A stretch of DNA of 64,000 nucleotides from an uncultured virus (IMG/VR IMGVR_UViG_3300031758_000014) (IMGVR_UViG_3300031758_000014), one strand, 5' to 3'; shown: positions 1 to 9,712, numbered from the stretch's first letter. Notes: generated by a model not told the origin, from the sequence alone. Made by a program: numbers and translations.

Positions 1-123
1 CAAGTGCTAACAATATACATAACCACATAGTAATTAACATACTTCTATCACCTTTCCACAAAAAATCTATTTCTTCTATTATCTTTTTCATATTTATATT
101 TTTTTAATTAACTAAAAACCTAC

Positions 124-177
124 ACATAACAAATGATAAACAACATTAAAACGATAATTTATCATCAGACGTTATAA
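124..177. repeat. attC-like site
   Basis: ACATAAC ... ATGATAAA/TTTATCAT inner arms ... GTTATAA. Confidence 0.55.
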
Positions 178-201
178 GTAATAAAATTGATGAAAGCTTC
201 G

Positions 202-666
202 CTATTTGAAATAAGTTTCAATAATATCAGATTTAGGTATCAGAACAAAACTATTTTCATCTGGATGACTATTATATCCAATATCACTTAATTTACCAAT
301 TTTTATACCATTATTATTAATTAAATCATGAGTCTCATCAAAAGTATAATACCCATCTATACTTTTCAACTCATCTGGTATTATTTTACCAATTTCAAAC
401 CAAGTATCACCATTAAATTCGTTTTCAACTAATCCATATCCACAAGATAAAATACTACCATCTTTAAGTTTAGCAAACCAATACTGATTATTTAATTTAA
501 AATCATTGTATATTTTTTCATAATCATATATAAACTCACAATTATCATTAGATAGTTTATAACACCTAAAAGCTCTCTGATACTCTAAATCACTCGTTGC
601 TATTATTGAATTCTTTGAATTGACTAACCTCCAAACATCATCAACCTTAAATAATCTACCTTCCAT
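202..666 (-). CDS. hypothetical protein
   Basis: 154 aa ORF; TATATTTG element at 740-747 upstream. Confidence 0.7.
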   Translation of the reverse strand: MEGRLFKVDDVWRLVNSKNSIIATSDLEYQRAFRCYKLSNDNCEFIYDYEKIYNDFKLNNQYWFAKLKDGSILSCGYGLVENEFNGDTWFEIGKIIPDELKSIDGYYTFDETHDLINNNGIKIGKLSDIGYNSHPDENSFVLIPKSDIIETYFK

Positions 667-897
667 AACTTATAAATTACCATTAAATAAACCTAATTCC
701 CACATAACTATTGTGTCCTTTCATAGTGAGATATTTCTACAAATATAAATAAAAAATAACTACTTCTTACCGTTAGGTAAAAAAATTTTAATACATCTCA
801 TTTAATAAATCTATACCCTTGGTATAAACTATAACCTCTAACTCAGAAGAATGTTAGAAATCTTATCCAGTAATAAATTAATCTGTTTCATATTATT

Positions 898-1239
898 TTA
901 TAATTTAATCCCACATTCTATAAAGTCTTCTGACTTCATTACCTCTTTCAATTTGAAGTACATTTTAATTTCATTGTAGGTTGCTTTCTCAATGAATTTA
1001 AGATAAGTTTCTAAGTTTTTGAATGTATCGTATGGTATGAATTCAAAATTACTAAAATCCCAATTATCGTATTTATAACCGTGTCTCCAAGTTCTGGAAA
1101 ACCAAACTGGTTTGTCATAAATAACTTTACCTGATAAGTATCTACTATATACTGATTCACCACCACCGATATAACCAGAAAGAAGTGTAAATCCGTCAAA
1201 GAAATATCCCTTTTTGTTTTTTAGATCAAATACATTCAT
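898..1239 (-). CDS. hypothetical protein
   Basis: 113 aa ORF on dominant strand. Confidence 0.7.
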   Translation of the reverse strand: MNVFDLKNKKGYFFDGFTLLSGYIGGGESVYSRYLSGKVIYDKPVWFSRTWRHGYKYDNWDFSNFEFIPYDTFKNLETYLKFIEKATYNEIKMYFKLKEVMKSEDFIECGIKL

Positions 1240-1395
1240 ATATTTTCGTTTTGATTTAATAAATATAAGAACTCTATACGAATAATAAAAATAAATTATA
1301 GTGTAATGTGAACAATTTTACGTTTATAGAATTTGAATTAGTTTTGATTTAATTTGAATGGAACGATTTCAAAGTCATACTTCACTTTTAGTTAA

Positions 1396-1421
1396 TACTA
1401 AATTCCGCACACTTTTTAGTA
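1396..1421. repeat. 26-bp palindromic repeat, copy 1
   Basis: TACTAAATTCCGCACACTTTTTAGTA. Confidence 0.85.
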
Positions 1422-1436
1422 CCTTATTTTTCAACA

Positions 1437-1462
1437 TACTAAAATCCGGTCGTTTTTTAGTA
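1437..1462. repeat. 26-bp palindromic repeat, copy 2
   Basis: TACTAAAATCCGGTCGTTTTTTAGTA. Confidence 0.85.
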
Positions 1463-1676
1463 TATTTTTGTGTAAACTCTATCGCCATTTCATTTTCTCT
1501 ACCAGTAGCCTTATTTTCAGCACCAATTTGTATATACACACCTCTCGGAAAGCCTTGACCTGCTTACGTTTCCAGAGGGTCATTTTTCAGTAAAAAATCC
1601 ACTGGGTTTTTACCTGGTTTTTAACAATTTTAATCGGTGATTTCGGGCGGCTCGGATCAATCAGAACTAAAGAAGA

Positions 1677-1702
1677 TACTAAAAAACGTGCGGATTTTAG
1701 TA
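1677..1702. repeat. 26-bp palindromic repeat, copy 3 (inverted)
   Basis: TACTAAAAAACGTGCGGATTTTAGTA; arms extended by AGAAGA/TCTTCT. Confidence 0.9.
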
Positions 1703-1727
1703 TCTTCTCTGAAGTTTAGTATAGGTC

Positions 1728-1796
1728 AGAAGGGACAGGATTCGAACCTTAATCTCTCTCTTAATGAGAGGCTCTTTCCAGTTGAGCTACCCACCT
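1728..1796 (-). tRNA. degenerate tRNA-like element (apparent TAA anticodon, no long variable arm)
   Basis: TAGCTCAACTGGAAAGAGC D-arm, CTCTC/GAGAG stem with 7-nt loop, GGTTCGAATCC T-loop, imperfect acceptor. Confidence 0.5.
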
Positions 1797-1806
1797 AACC
1801 TATTTT

Positions 1807-2226
1807 TTAATTTATTAGTGTTTCTAATTGGTAATCTCTTCTTAGTTGAGTTATTGTTCCTTCGAAAGTAGATTGGAAACGTGTGAATTTCCATTTAACA
1901 TCGTTTAGGATTAGGAAGCCTGTTTTTGGGCATTTAGATTGAATTACTTTACCGTTTCTTGGTATGATATGTTTATAGATTGCGTCTTTGTTTGTAACGA
2001 TTATGATTGGTTTAGAGTAGTCGAAGTTATCGAATTGTTTAACGATTTCTGGTATTGATATACCTGTGTGGGTACCAACTTTGAATATTTGGATATTTTC
2101 TTTACCTAATATATCGGATAATTCGTTTGCGATTGCGTGTACGTTAAACTCGGTTGTTTTGATAACGTTTATTATTCCGATTTCTAATCCGATTATTTGT
2201 GATTTTATTATAGTGTCAAGGTTCAT
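1807..2226 (-). CDS. hypothetical protein with RDxKL-type tail
   Basis: ends RRDYQLETLIN. Confidence 0.7.
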   Translation of the reverse strand: MNLDTIIKSQIIGLEIGIINVIKTTEFNVHAIANELSDILGKENIQIFKVGTHTGISIPEIVKQFDNFDYSKPIIIVTNKDAIYKHIIPRNGKVIQSKCPKTGFLILNDVKWKFTRFQSTFEGTITQLRRDYQLETLIN

Positions 2227-2310
2227 ATCTCTTATTTTGTTTTAGTATTTTATACTCTCACTCTGTGAGTATAAAGATAATGATTTTATCTGTATATCAC
2301 AAGCTAATGA

Positions 2311-2336
2311 TACTAAAATCCGCACGGATTTTAGTA
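2311..2336. repeat. 26-bp palindromic repeat, copy 4
   Basis: TACTAAAATCCG-CA-CGGATTTTAGTA, perfect 12-bp arms. Confidence 0.9.
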
Positions 2337-2412
2337 GTTTCTTTAGAAACTCTAAACGAAGTTTAGTACCTGAGTTAACGAAGGTTCACTATTTTTCCAC
2401 GAAGTCAGAAAC

Positions 2413-2622
2413 CTATTTTTTCTCTTCGGGTATAATGAATAGTTCTTTGAGGCCTTCTATGGTACAAAGTCTTAATTGAGAGCTTCCATTCTCATTTATC
2501 CAGAACGCTGGACCTTCTAATCCGTACCAGTTTAGGACATCTTCCGATGCAATCTCTATTATTGTTGAAATAGTCCCTGAGTTTTTAGATGTGAATTCAT
2601 CACCTTTCTTGTAATCTTTCAT
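2413..2622 (-). CDS. hypothetical protein
   Basis: ORF; likely start MKDYKKGD. Confidence 0.65.
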   Translation of the reverse strand: MKDYKKGDEFTSKNSGTISTIIEIASEDVLNWYGLEGPAFWINENGSSQLRLCTIEGLKELFIIPEEKK

Positions 2623-2636
2623 GATGTTTTTTATAT

Positions 2637-2939
2637 TTAACAAGCACTACTGACCGTTTCCGAATAGAGAGTTACGTCATAACCGTGAGAATAAAAATCA
2701 CCCAACCCACCACTATCAATTACAAGTTTGTGGTCAAAATCGGGATGAATTACTACTACTTGCGTTCCATCATCTGTTTCGATATTATCCGTTGTTGCAC
2801 CTATACAGTCAAGGAAATGTTGCATACTTTGGATGTTATCCATTTCCTGTATTGAATAGTCAATAATGCGATAACTATTTTCGCCTTGTTCAAACATTTC
2901 CTTTACGGAGTTTGGTATTTCATAAATTACTGTTGCCAT
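2637..2939 (-). CDS. hypothetical protein
   Basis: 100 aa ORF next to an attC-like site. Confidence 0.7.
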   Translation of the reverse strand: MATVIYEIPNSVKEMFEQGENSYRIIDYSIQEMDNIQSMQHFLDCIGATTDNIETDDGTQVVVIHPDFDHKLVIDSGGLGDFYSHGYDVTLYSETVSSAC

Positions 2940-2997
2940 TGCTTTTGATTTTTATTTGTGTTTCAAATTAAGTTCCTACTAAATTACCCGTGCCAGC

Positions 2998-3078
2998 GTA
3001 TAACAGCGGTTTTGTGCAAGCTGCTCGACCGCTCAATGCCAAGGCTTCGTAGCCTAACACAAAACCGCAAAACGGGCC
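2998..3078. repeat. attC-like site (right end degenerate)
   Basis: GTATAAC, perfect arms GCGGTTTTGTG/CACAAAACCGC. Confidence 0.55.
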
Positions 3079-3079
3079 A

Positions 3080-3310
3080 TTAATACACCGACACCTTTTC
3101 GAGTGTGGCTTCTATATCTGACAACAATCCTTTTGCCCATAAATTAGGCTTAAATTGTCTTAAAATATCTCTCATTTCAATCAAGTCACCTTGAGAAAAT
3201 TCGATATTCACTATTGCTTCTTTGAGTGGTAAGAAGTCTGTTTCTTCTTCTGTGTGTTCGATAATTTTTTCTTCGTATCTCATTTTGTGAAATTTAACGG
3301 CACATAACAA
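3080..3310 (-). CDS. hypothetical cassette-like protein
   Basis: ORF bracketed by attC-like sites; start lies in the repeat end. Confidence 0.6.
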   Translation of the reverse strand: MLCAVKFHKMRYEEKIIEHTEEETDFLPLKEAIVNIEFSQGDLIEMRDILRQFKPNLWAKGLLSDIEATLEKVSVY

Positions 3311-3397
3311 GGGCTTTGTGTAATAGCCCTATCAAGTGTCGTGGTTAATTTTAAGTTTCTACTAAGGACTACTACGCAAAGCCCCGATACGTTAGTG
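3302..3397. repeat. attC-like site
   Basis: ACATAAC...GGGCTTTGTGTA/TACGCAAAGCCC...GTTAGTG; right end complementary to GCACACTAAC at 3520-3529. Confidence 0.65.
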
Positions 3398-3820
3398 TGC
3401 ATTAGTAATACGACAAATAGTGTGTTCTATTTTAAAACCTTCGTATTTAGGTAGATTACTCCAATACTCTAAACATTCGATAATAGGGTTGCCCTCAAGC
3501 CATTCTACTAATAAATAACGCACACTAACAGCATCTTGGCTCAATGCCTTAGTTTCATTGAAGGTTAGATATATTTGCCTCCTATTGGATTATGGAGATG
3601 GACGCTGATTAGGTTTGTATCTAACCTTTAAGATTATAATTCAATTACTTCATTACCGAATGATGTTGATACATTTAATTTTCTTTTATTGCAATTGTCA
3701 CATTGGTGGACTTTGATATTTAGTTTTTTATCGTTTTGTACAAGTTCCCACTTGTGATTACAATCTTTATTGAATAGTTTTTTGAATAAGGTTATCATGG
3801 TTGTTTATTTTTAGTTTATA

Positions 3821-3828
3821 CAAATATA
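3821..3828 (-). promoter_or_regulatory. Bacteroidota sigma70-type -7 element (representative)
   Basis: TATATTTG on minus strand; TA(T/C-variant)TTTG also at 740, 4723, 5023, 7466, 9127, 11526, 11842, 14765, 15949, 16545, 26295, 28222, 31837, 35178, 41447, 42368, 46030, 46479, 51797, 53908, 54580, 57162, 57743, 58444, 59841. Confidence 0.8.
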
Positions 3829-3837
3829 AGAAATAAA

Positions 3838-3863
3838 TACTAAAAAACGTGCGGATTTTAGTA
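3838..3863. repeat. 26-bp palindromic repeat, copy 5 (inverted)
   Basis: TACTAAAAAACGTGCGGATTTTAGTA, about 10 bp upstream of the -7 element. Confidence 0.9.
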
Positions 3864-3878
3864 TTTTATTAGTAAAAT

Positions 3879-4082
3879 TTAGATTATTCCAAGTTCATTT
3901 AACTTCTCTTCTCTTATTTCTTGTTGTGTTCTGAAAAAGTCTTTACCTATCAATTGCATATGACCTTCATCATCTATGATCCAATATTGGTGAGTTGAAT
4001 GTGCGTTTACTTGGTAGGTCTTGCCTTTAGTTATTTTGTAAGTACCTTCAGCTATACATATAATATTCATTTGTTGGTCCAT
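3879..4082 (-). CDS. DUF6501/SH3-like small protein with tail
   Basis: ICI...ITKGKTY...IIDDEG; ends IREEKLNELGII. Confidence 0.7.
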   Translation of the reverse strand: MDQQMNIICIAEGTYKITKGKTYQVNAHSTHQYWIIDDEGHMQLIGKDFFRTQQEIREEKLNELGII

Positions 4083-4095
4083 ATTCCTAATTCTT

Positions 4096-4389
4096 TTAGT
4101 TTATTACTTCTCCAATATTATCTATGATGAATTTATTTAAATCGTTAAATATTTCTTCTAAAATTTCATCTGAAGTTAAATCGTTGATAAAATAACCATA
4201 TAATAATTCACCATCAATTTTCAAATCACATAAATCAAAAGAAACACCATATATTTCTTCAATTTCTTCTTGTTTATTATAAAACAATTCTTTTGAATCA
4301 TTAAATATTGAATCAAAAACAGTCTGTTCTATATTGTGGTCCAAGACTAATGTTTTATTTGTCTTGGGGTTAGTCAAATGTGTTTTCAT
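4096..4389 (-). CDS. hypothetical protein
   Basis: 97 aa ORF. Confidence 0.65.
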   Translation of the reverse strand: MKTHLTNPKTNKTLVLDHNIEQTVFDSIFNDSKELFYNKQEEIEEIYGVSFDLCDLKIDGELLYGYFINDLTSDEILEEIFNDLNKFIIDNIGEVIN

Positions 4390-4424
4390 TTTAATAAAAT
4401 AATTTTACCTACATTAAATCTTGA

Positions 4425-4703
4425 TTACATATTCCCGGTTACTGCCAATATACCTACTATTATTGACCATAACAACAGAGCTGACGCTGGTATCACGAAA
4501 AGGGTGTAGATTAGTACGCGGTCCTGAATGTATCGTCTCTTTATGGTGGAGTGGTCTTCCAGGTATGCCTGTCCCTCTTCTTTGCTACTGACGAGGAATA
4601 GGTAATCCCATTCACCTTTTTTATTTTTCTTGTATATAGCTGGGTGGCAGTCTCCTTCCCACATACGGAAAGTATCCATTTTATATTCTTCGGTAGTTTT
4701 CAT
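4425..4703 (-). CDS. hypothetical membrane protein
   Basis: C-terminal hydrophobic helix; locally GC-richer. Confidence 0.7.
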   Translation of the reverse strand: MKTTEEYKMDTFRMWEGDCHPAIYKKNKKGEWDYLFLVSSKEEGQAYLEDHSTIKRRYIQDRVLIYTLFVIPASALLLWSIIVGILAVTGNM

Positions 4704-4749
4704 AGGAACTTGTTTTGTAGAACAAATATACTAAACTTTGTTTAGATTA

Positions 4750-4775
4750 TACTAAAATCCGCACGTTTTTTAGTA
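4750..4775. repeat. 26-bp palindromic repeat, copy 6
   Basis: TACTAAAATCCGCACGTTTTTTAGTA. Confidence 0.9.
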
Positions 4776-4976
4776 TTTTTCCTCAAAATTTAAAGGTTTT
4801 CTTTTTAGTTTACCTTTACTATTAATACTTTTATACAGAATAAAAGATACCAACATCCATAAAGATGTTACACCTAATTGCATTATTGGGTAATTTTTAT
4901 CAATTCCATTTTGGTAATTATTCACAACTATAAATATTGCACAAACTATTATTAGTATTTTAAAAAACTTTTCCAT
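4770..4976 (-). CDS. small membrane protein
   Basis: two hydrophobic segments. Confidence 0.6.
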   Translation of the reverse strand: MEKFFKILIIVCAIFIVVNNYQNGIDKNYPIMQLGVTSLWMLVSFILYKSINSKGKLKRKPLNFEEKY

Positions 4977-5048
4977 TTCTATTTAATTTAGTATTAGTTT
5001 TAGCCATAACATTTAGTTTATACAAATATAAATAAAAATGAGACAAAA

Positions 5049-5074
5049 TACTAAAATCCGCACGTTTTTTAGTA
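5049..5074. repeat. 26-bp palindromic repeat, copy 7
   Basis: TACTAAAATCCGCACGTTTTTTAGTA. Confidence 0.9.
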
Positions 5075-5400
5075 TTTATTTGTTTTATTATTTATATAAG
5101 CAGGTTGGAGTTTACCCTCTACGTATTGGAGTTATACGGACCCGTCTTCGATGTTCTCATTGACATTATAAAGATAGTCATTTTATATGACTCTCACAAG
5201 TGAGTAGGGTTTTTATTTCATAAAAACAACTTCTTATGGATTTAGTTTTTTATTCTTTTTAACCCACTCTTTACCCCATATCATTTTACTTATCATTTTA
5301 TTTGCATACTTTGGGTATTTAATTAATAACCAAAGTGTGGTAAAAAGAAAAAATGTGAATACCAATAATCCTACTATAAGTATTATTTCTAATAAATCTA

Positions 5401-5832
5401 TCATATATTTAAAGTATTTAGTTTAGCGTTACGTATTTCTAAAGTTATATCATCACTATTATTAGTGAATATCATATTTAATTCATTTCTTGTGAATGAT
5501 CTTCTTTTTCCAAAATCATCTATGATATAGAATCTTTCTTTCTTTTCATTCTTTTGTTTGCCTATTTTCTTTTTACGCATAGCGTTCCTTTTAGATAGGT
5601 AATCAAAATACTCATATGGACTTACATATCCATCATATTGATAGTGGAATGCTATCCAGTCATGATCATTTGAGCCAATGATTTCGTGTGATTTCTTAGT
5701 CCCTGGTGAGTTATCTAATATAAGATACTCTTTACCTAAGGTGAACCCTTTAAATGACTTTATATTGAAGATACGTGTGTTAATCATTTGGTTTGTTTTT
5801 TGTTTCATTGACATGGTAAAGACCATTTTCAA
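5401..5832 (-). CDS. DUF6501-like protein with tail
   Basis: FTLGKEY...IIDDFG; ends IRNAKLNTLNI. Confidence 0.65.
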   Translation of the reverse strand: MKMVFTMSMKQKTNQMINTRIFNIKSFKGFTLGKEYLILDNSPGTKKSHEIIGSNDHDWIAFHYQYDGYVSPYEYFDYLSKRNAMRKKKIGKQKNEKKERFYIIDDFGKRRSFTRNELNMIFTNNSDDITLEIRNAKLNTLNI

Positions 5833-6146
5833 AGTATTTCTCTTATTTTCTCATCCCTTATTATTTGGGTCATATGTTTATCTAAATATTCTTCAATTTT
5901 ATTATCTAATGAACTATGTCTCTCAGAAGTATAGAAATTCATATTTTTATCACCTATTTCATAATTGATAAGATATGACCATTTACCAAATACGAGTGTA
6001 AGTAGAATACTCTTTATTTTGATTTCACAATTACTATATGGCTTTGAAGAATAATGAATACCAGAAACAGTAATATCCTGAATTAGTTCAATTATATCAT
6101 CATGAACTTCTTCACCAATCTGAGTAAATTTTGGATTTTTAATCAT
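5829..6146 (-). CDS. hypothetical protein with tail
   Basis: likely start MIKNPKF; ends IRDEKIREIL. Confidence 0.65.
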   Translation of the reverse strand: MIKNPKFTQIGEEVHDDIIELIQDITVSGIHYSSKPYSNCEIKIKSILLTLVFGKWSYLINYEIGDKNMNFYTSERHSSLDNKIEEYLDKHMTQIIRDEKIREIL

Positions 6147-6153
6147 ATCTGAT

Positions 6154-6378
6154 TTACATCCATTGATTTTTCTTCTTGAATGAAACGTAGGCACCACCAT
6201 TATATTGGAAACCATCAGTATCAACATGGAAGCCTTCGTCTCTAAGGCGTTGTATGTTATTCTCTAAAAGGTTGCTATCAATAAGAACTTGAGATTTACC
6301 GGAAGAGAATTCTCTTTGTAGTTGTGATATTATCTTATTAAAGTTAATATCAGCTTTCATTTGGTCTGCTAAATTCAT
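6154..6378 (-). CDS. hypothetical protein
   Basis: 74 aa ORF. Confidence 0.65.
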   Translation of the reverse strand: MNLADQMKADINFNKIISQLQREFSSGKSQVLIDSNLLENNIQRLRDEGFHVDTDGFQYNGGAYVSFKKKNQWM

Positions 6379-6647
6379 TATTTCTCAGGTTTTAATAGTA
6401 AATAAGCAAGAATGTATATAACCATTCCAAAAAATGTATAAGCTAAGTATTCCATATATTTATGTTTTAGTTTGTTTAGTCTAGTTATTTGCCCAATAAT
6501 CTGAATGATTTAGATTAGGGTTATTTGGTTTAGGAATTCTACCTAATTTGATTAGTTTATTCCATTGAAATCTCTCTGTATATTTCCCGATAAGGAAACT
6601 GGTGATTATTATTGGTATAAGAATAATTGCTATCATAGTTTATTTTT

Positions 6648-6833
6648 TTAAAAAGTCAAATTTGTATTATATCTAACATCTACGCCATTTAATTCTATAA
6701 TATCAGCAATAATAAATGACATATAATTATATTCACCATTTATATTGAATTTACCTTTATGTACATCAATTTCATTTATAGTCTCTTTAAAGCCGTTTAA
6801 TAACTTAACACTATCACCTTTTCTTACTTTCAT
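6648..6833 (-). CDS. small KOW/SH3-like protein
   Basis: MKVRKGDSVKL start. Confidence 0.55.
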   Translation of the reverse strand: MKVRKGDSVKLLNGFKETINEIDVHKGKFNINGEYNYMSFIIADIIELNGVDVRYNTNLTF

Positions 6834-6845
6834 ATGTATTATATT

Positions 6846-7202
6846 TTAATCTATCAATATAATTGATTTTTGTTTCGCCTTTGATTTAACTCCTTCTAAG
6901 TTAGGATCTTTATGTGAATAACTAAACCCTTCATCATCGATACATTGGTATAATTCTCCTAAACCCCATGTAGATAAATCTCTTTCTGTGGCATATCTTT
7001 CAACTTCATCTTTAACGTTAGATAGATCAAACCAGCATTGTTTACCATCTTTAATTAGTTTTCTTTCTGAAATAACATCAAAATTATCACGATTTAATAT
7101 TCTGAATGATTTAAACCCAAAGTCCCATGAAACATAAGCTTTTAGATAATTTTGTTTATCTTCTTTGGGTCTTAACTTTTTTCTAGCTTTCTTAGATGCC
7201 AT
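6846..7202 (-). CDS. hypothetical protein, basic N-terminus
   Basis: MASKKARKKLRPK. Confidence 0.7.
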   Translation of the reverse strand: MASKKARKKLRPKEDKQNYLKAYVSWDFGFKSFRILNRDNFDVISERKLIKDGKQCWFDLSNVKDEVERYATERDLSTWGLGELYQCIDDEGFSYSHKDPNLEGVKSKAKQKSIILID

Positions 7203-7212
7203 ATCTTATAAT

Positions 7213-7446
7213 TTAAAAAATTTCAAGGAATTTTTCAAAATCATTATCCGGCATTTCATCAAGTAGTTCGGATAATGTAATTGAATGTGCTTTGGTTTTA
7301 GAACAACTCATAGGTACTAATGTTGCAAATTCAACTATATCAGATTCAACATCGATGAAGTTTACCATTTGGCAATCTTCAGTATAGAAACCAAGAGTTC
7401 CACAAAAATCGGGAAATTGAGATTTGAATATTTCGGACTTTGTCAT
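7213..7446 (-). CDS. hypothetical protein
   Basis: 77 aa ORF after -7 element at 7466. Confidence 0.7.
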   Translation of the reverse strand: MTKSEIFKSQFPDFCGTLGFYTEDCQMVNFIDVESDIVEFATLVPMSCSKTKAHSITLSELLDEMPDNDFEKFLEIF

Positions 7447-7539
7447 ATAATAAAATTATTATTAACAAAGATAAGCATTTTATCTGGATTTCACAAGCTC
7501 AGGTATACTAAACTTAGTTTAGATTTTTACGTAGTAAAA

Positions 7540-7565
7540 TACTAAAAAACGTGCGGATTTTAGTA
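7540..7565. repeat. 26-bp palindromic repeat, copy 8 (inverted)
   Basis: TACTAAAAAACGTGCGGATTTTAGTA. Confidence 0.9.
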
Positions 7566-7726
7566 TTTTCTGGACTTTTTCCAATTGTATCTTCTCTCAT
7601 TGTAAATTACAAGAAAAATAGACCAAACTATAATCATTGGAAGTGACCAATAAAACCACAACATATAAAACATAAAAATATGTAGTATTAGTGAAATGGC
7701 TGGTGAATAAATTAATTTTTTCATCT

Positions 7727-7987
7727 TTAGTATAAGATTAGAGTATAAGTTGTTTCTGATCCATTACTATTATACCAATTCTCTGTAACGAATTCGACTC
7801 TATAACCTCCTTTAACGAGTTTATTTACTACTTTGATATCATTCGTTGTAATTACTCTCCTTTGTTTAAGAGGGATGTTGTAAATCGTTCTATGATTATA
7901 ATTGGTGCGACTATTATCAGTTGTTGTATAACTAAATAGAGCGAGTGTTATGATGGTGATAAGACCACCTAAGATTACATTTTTCAT
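7727..7987 (-). CDS. exported/membrane-anchored protein, paralog of 15988
   Basis: N-terminal hydrophobic signal; ...KGGYRV... Confidence 0.65.
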   Translation of the reverse strand: MKNVILGGLITIITLALFSYTTTDNSRTNYNHRTIYNIPLKQRRVITTNDIKVVNKLVKGGYRVEFVTENWYNSNGSETTYTLILY

Positions 7988-8143
7988 TTTATATGTATTT
8001 TTTAGCTTCTTTAATCATTTCTTTAGCTTGTTCCTCCACGATTTTAGGATCAGCTTGAGGGTGAAGACTTTCAAAGTATTCTAATACTTCTTTAACTTTT
8101 AGTCTACCACTCTCAGCAATTATTTCTCTTATTTGGAATATAT

Positions 8144-8479
8144 TCATAATTCTAATATTAATTTTAATCTCATATCTCTTCTTAATTCTTTACCATCAGA
8201 TCTGTTTCCACAGATAATTTCAATTGCGTATTCTAAAGCATCCTTATATGTTTTAAATAGAATCTCATTATTATCTCCATAACCACCACACATCATAGTT
8301 CCACCTGGATAACTAATATTAATAGACCATCTCCAACCAGAGTATTCATCATCATAAAACCCATCAAGAGTTATATTCCACTCATAATGCGACTTTAACT
8401 CATGGTAAAATTGGCAATCAGTACCATAGTTGAATACTTTTTGGCTAGTAAAAGTATTTAAATCTGTACTATAATCCAT
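8144..8479 (-). CDS. hypothetical protein with tail
   Basis: ends RRDMRLKLILEL. Confidence 0.7.
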   Translation of the reverse strand: MDYSTDLNTFTSQKVFNYGTDCQFYHELKSHYEWNITLDGFYDDEYSGWRWSINISYPGGTMMCGGYGDNNEILFKTYKDALEYAIEIICGNRSDGKELRRDMRLKLILEL

Positions 8480-8736
8480 TAGTATCTCTTTTTCTCCATG
8501 AAATCTATAAATATAGTTGCTGGATCAAATGATATAACTAAACTTGATATTGCGTAGAGTTCTTCATCTACGATCTCAGTAATATCTTTTAGTTTATCTA
8601 AACTATCGATTTCAATTTCGAATACTTCAAATGGTGGATATTTAGTACTTCCAGTGGGTACTAATTTGGCTCCTAATTTTATTAGGAGATCATCATTTTG
8701 GTAATGAGTATCGTTGAAGTCTATTTCGAATTTCAT
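8479..8736 (-). CDS. hypothetical protein
   Basis: 85 aa ORF, coupled to next gene. Confidence 0.7.
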   Translation of the reverse strand: MKFEIDFNDTHYQNDDLLIKLGAKLVPTGSTKYPPFEVFEIEIDSLDKLKDITEIVDEELYAISSLVISFDPATIFIDFMEKKRY

Positions 8737-8748
8737 AGTTTTAATAGA

Positions 8749-9111
8749 TTATATACCTAAATGTGTAAGTCTCGAATCTCTTATCTGAGCCAGATATACT
8801 CTTAAAGATTCTTCTGCTCTTTGTATTTTGTTATCATTCATATATAACCAAACCTTAATAAGAGATTGGTGTCTTTCATTTAGGTCGGATAGGACTTGAT
8901 CATCTGCCTGGTCTTCATCGATGAGGTCCACCATATGCATTCCTACTATAAGTCTTTCGAATGGATCTGTTATTGTATCCAGTTTATCAGCGAACTCTGA
9001 TTTAATATTGGTTACATTATGTTTCTCTAAGATTTCAGGGAATGCATCTTTTACATAATCATGTTTCTCTAAGAAATCTTTTAACTTATTTAAAATATTG
9101 GTGGTATTCAT
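8749..9111 (-). CDS. hypothetical protein with tail
   Basis: ends IRDSRLTHLGI. Confidence 0.75.
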   Translation of the reverse strand: MNTTNILNKLKDFLEKHDYVKDAFPEILEKHNVTNIKSEFADKLDTITDPFERLIVGMHMVDLIDEDQADDQVLSDLNERHQSLIKVWLYMNDNKIQRAEESLRVYLAQIRDSRLTHLGI

Positions 9112-9173
9112 AGTTTAACTCTTTTACAAATATAGTAACTTTGTTACTCTTTTCAAATAAAAATGATTAAAAT

Positions 9174-9410
9174 CTAAATAACTTTCATACTTAATGGGGT
9201 GAAGAATGAAGGATCTTCCTTACACTCAAATTCAAATGTTGAACTATAATAAGGCTGTTGAGAAAGATTTTCTGGTCTGATATATTGAGAATTAATATAT
9301 TTCCCACCAATATTCTCAAATTGCCATATAATCATTTTTAATTGTTCATCACCTATAAACTTACCATTAGGTAGGTGAGCACTAACATCTATTGTTATTT
9401 GTGTTTTCAT
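9174..9410 (-). CDS. hypothetical protein
   Basis: 78 aa ORF. Confidence 0.65.
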   Translation of the reverse strand: MKTQITIDVSAHLPNGKFIGDEQLKMIIWQFENIGGKYINSQYIRPENLSQQPYYSSTFEFECKEDPSFFTPLSMKVI

Positions 9411-9411
9411 T

Positions 9412-9711
9412 TTAATAAGTTTTTAATAAGTTTGCTAATCTAACATCTCTCAGAAGTATTCTAACATCTTCTGAATATTCAAATAGGTGTTTATCTTTTA
9501 TTTTATGAAGATCCCACCAAATATTGGTTTGATAAGACCCATTTTTCGGGTATCGAACCGTTATGTCCCAAATACCCTTTTTACTTCTACGTCCTATATT
9601 TGCATCACAACCTTCCCATGGGCCGGATGTAAACTTTACGCCTTTACCCTCTAATATATTCATAGGGTGTGAGCATTTTCTTAATGCTTGTCTCCGTTTC
9701 TTAGAACTCAT
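9412..9711 (-). CDS. hypothetical protein, basic N-terminus and tail
   Basis: MSSKKRRQALRK; ends LRDVRLANLLKTY. Confidence 0.7.
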   Translation of the reverse strand: MSSKKRRQALRKCSHPMNILEGKGVKFTSGPWEGCDANIGRRSKKGIWDITVRYPKNGSYQTNIWWDLHKIKDKHLFEYSEDVRILLRDVRLANLLKTY

Positions 9712-9712
9712 A

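Noticed and set aside
1396..7565. CRISPR array from the 26-bp repeats
   Set aside because: Irregular spacing (15 bp to over 2 kb), mixed orientation, whole genes in between, no cas genes.
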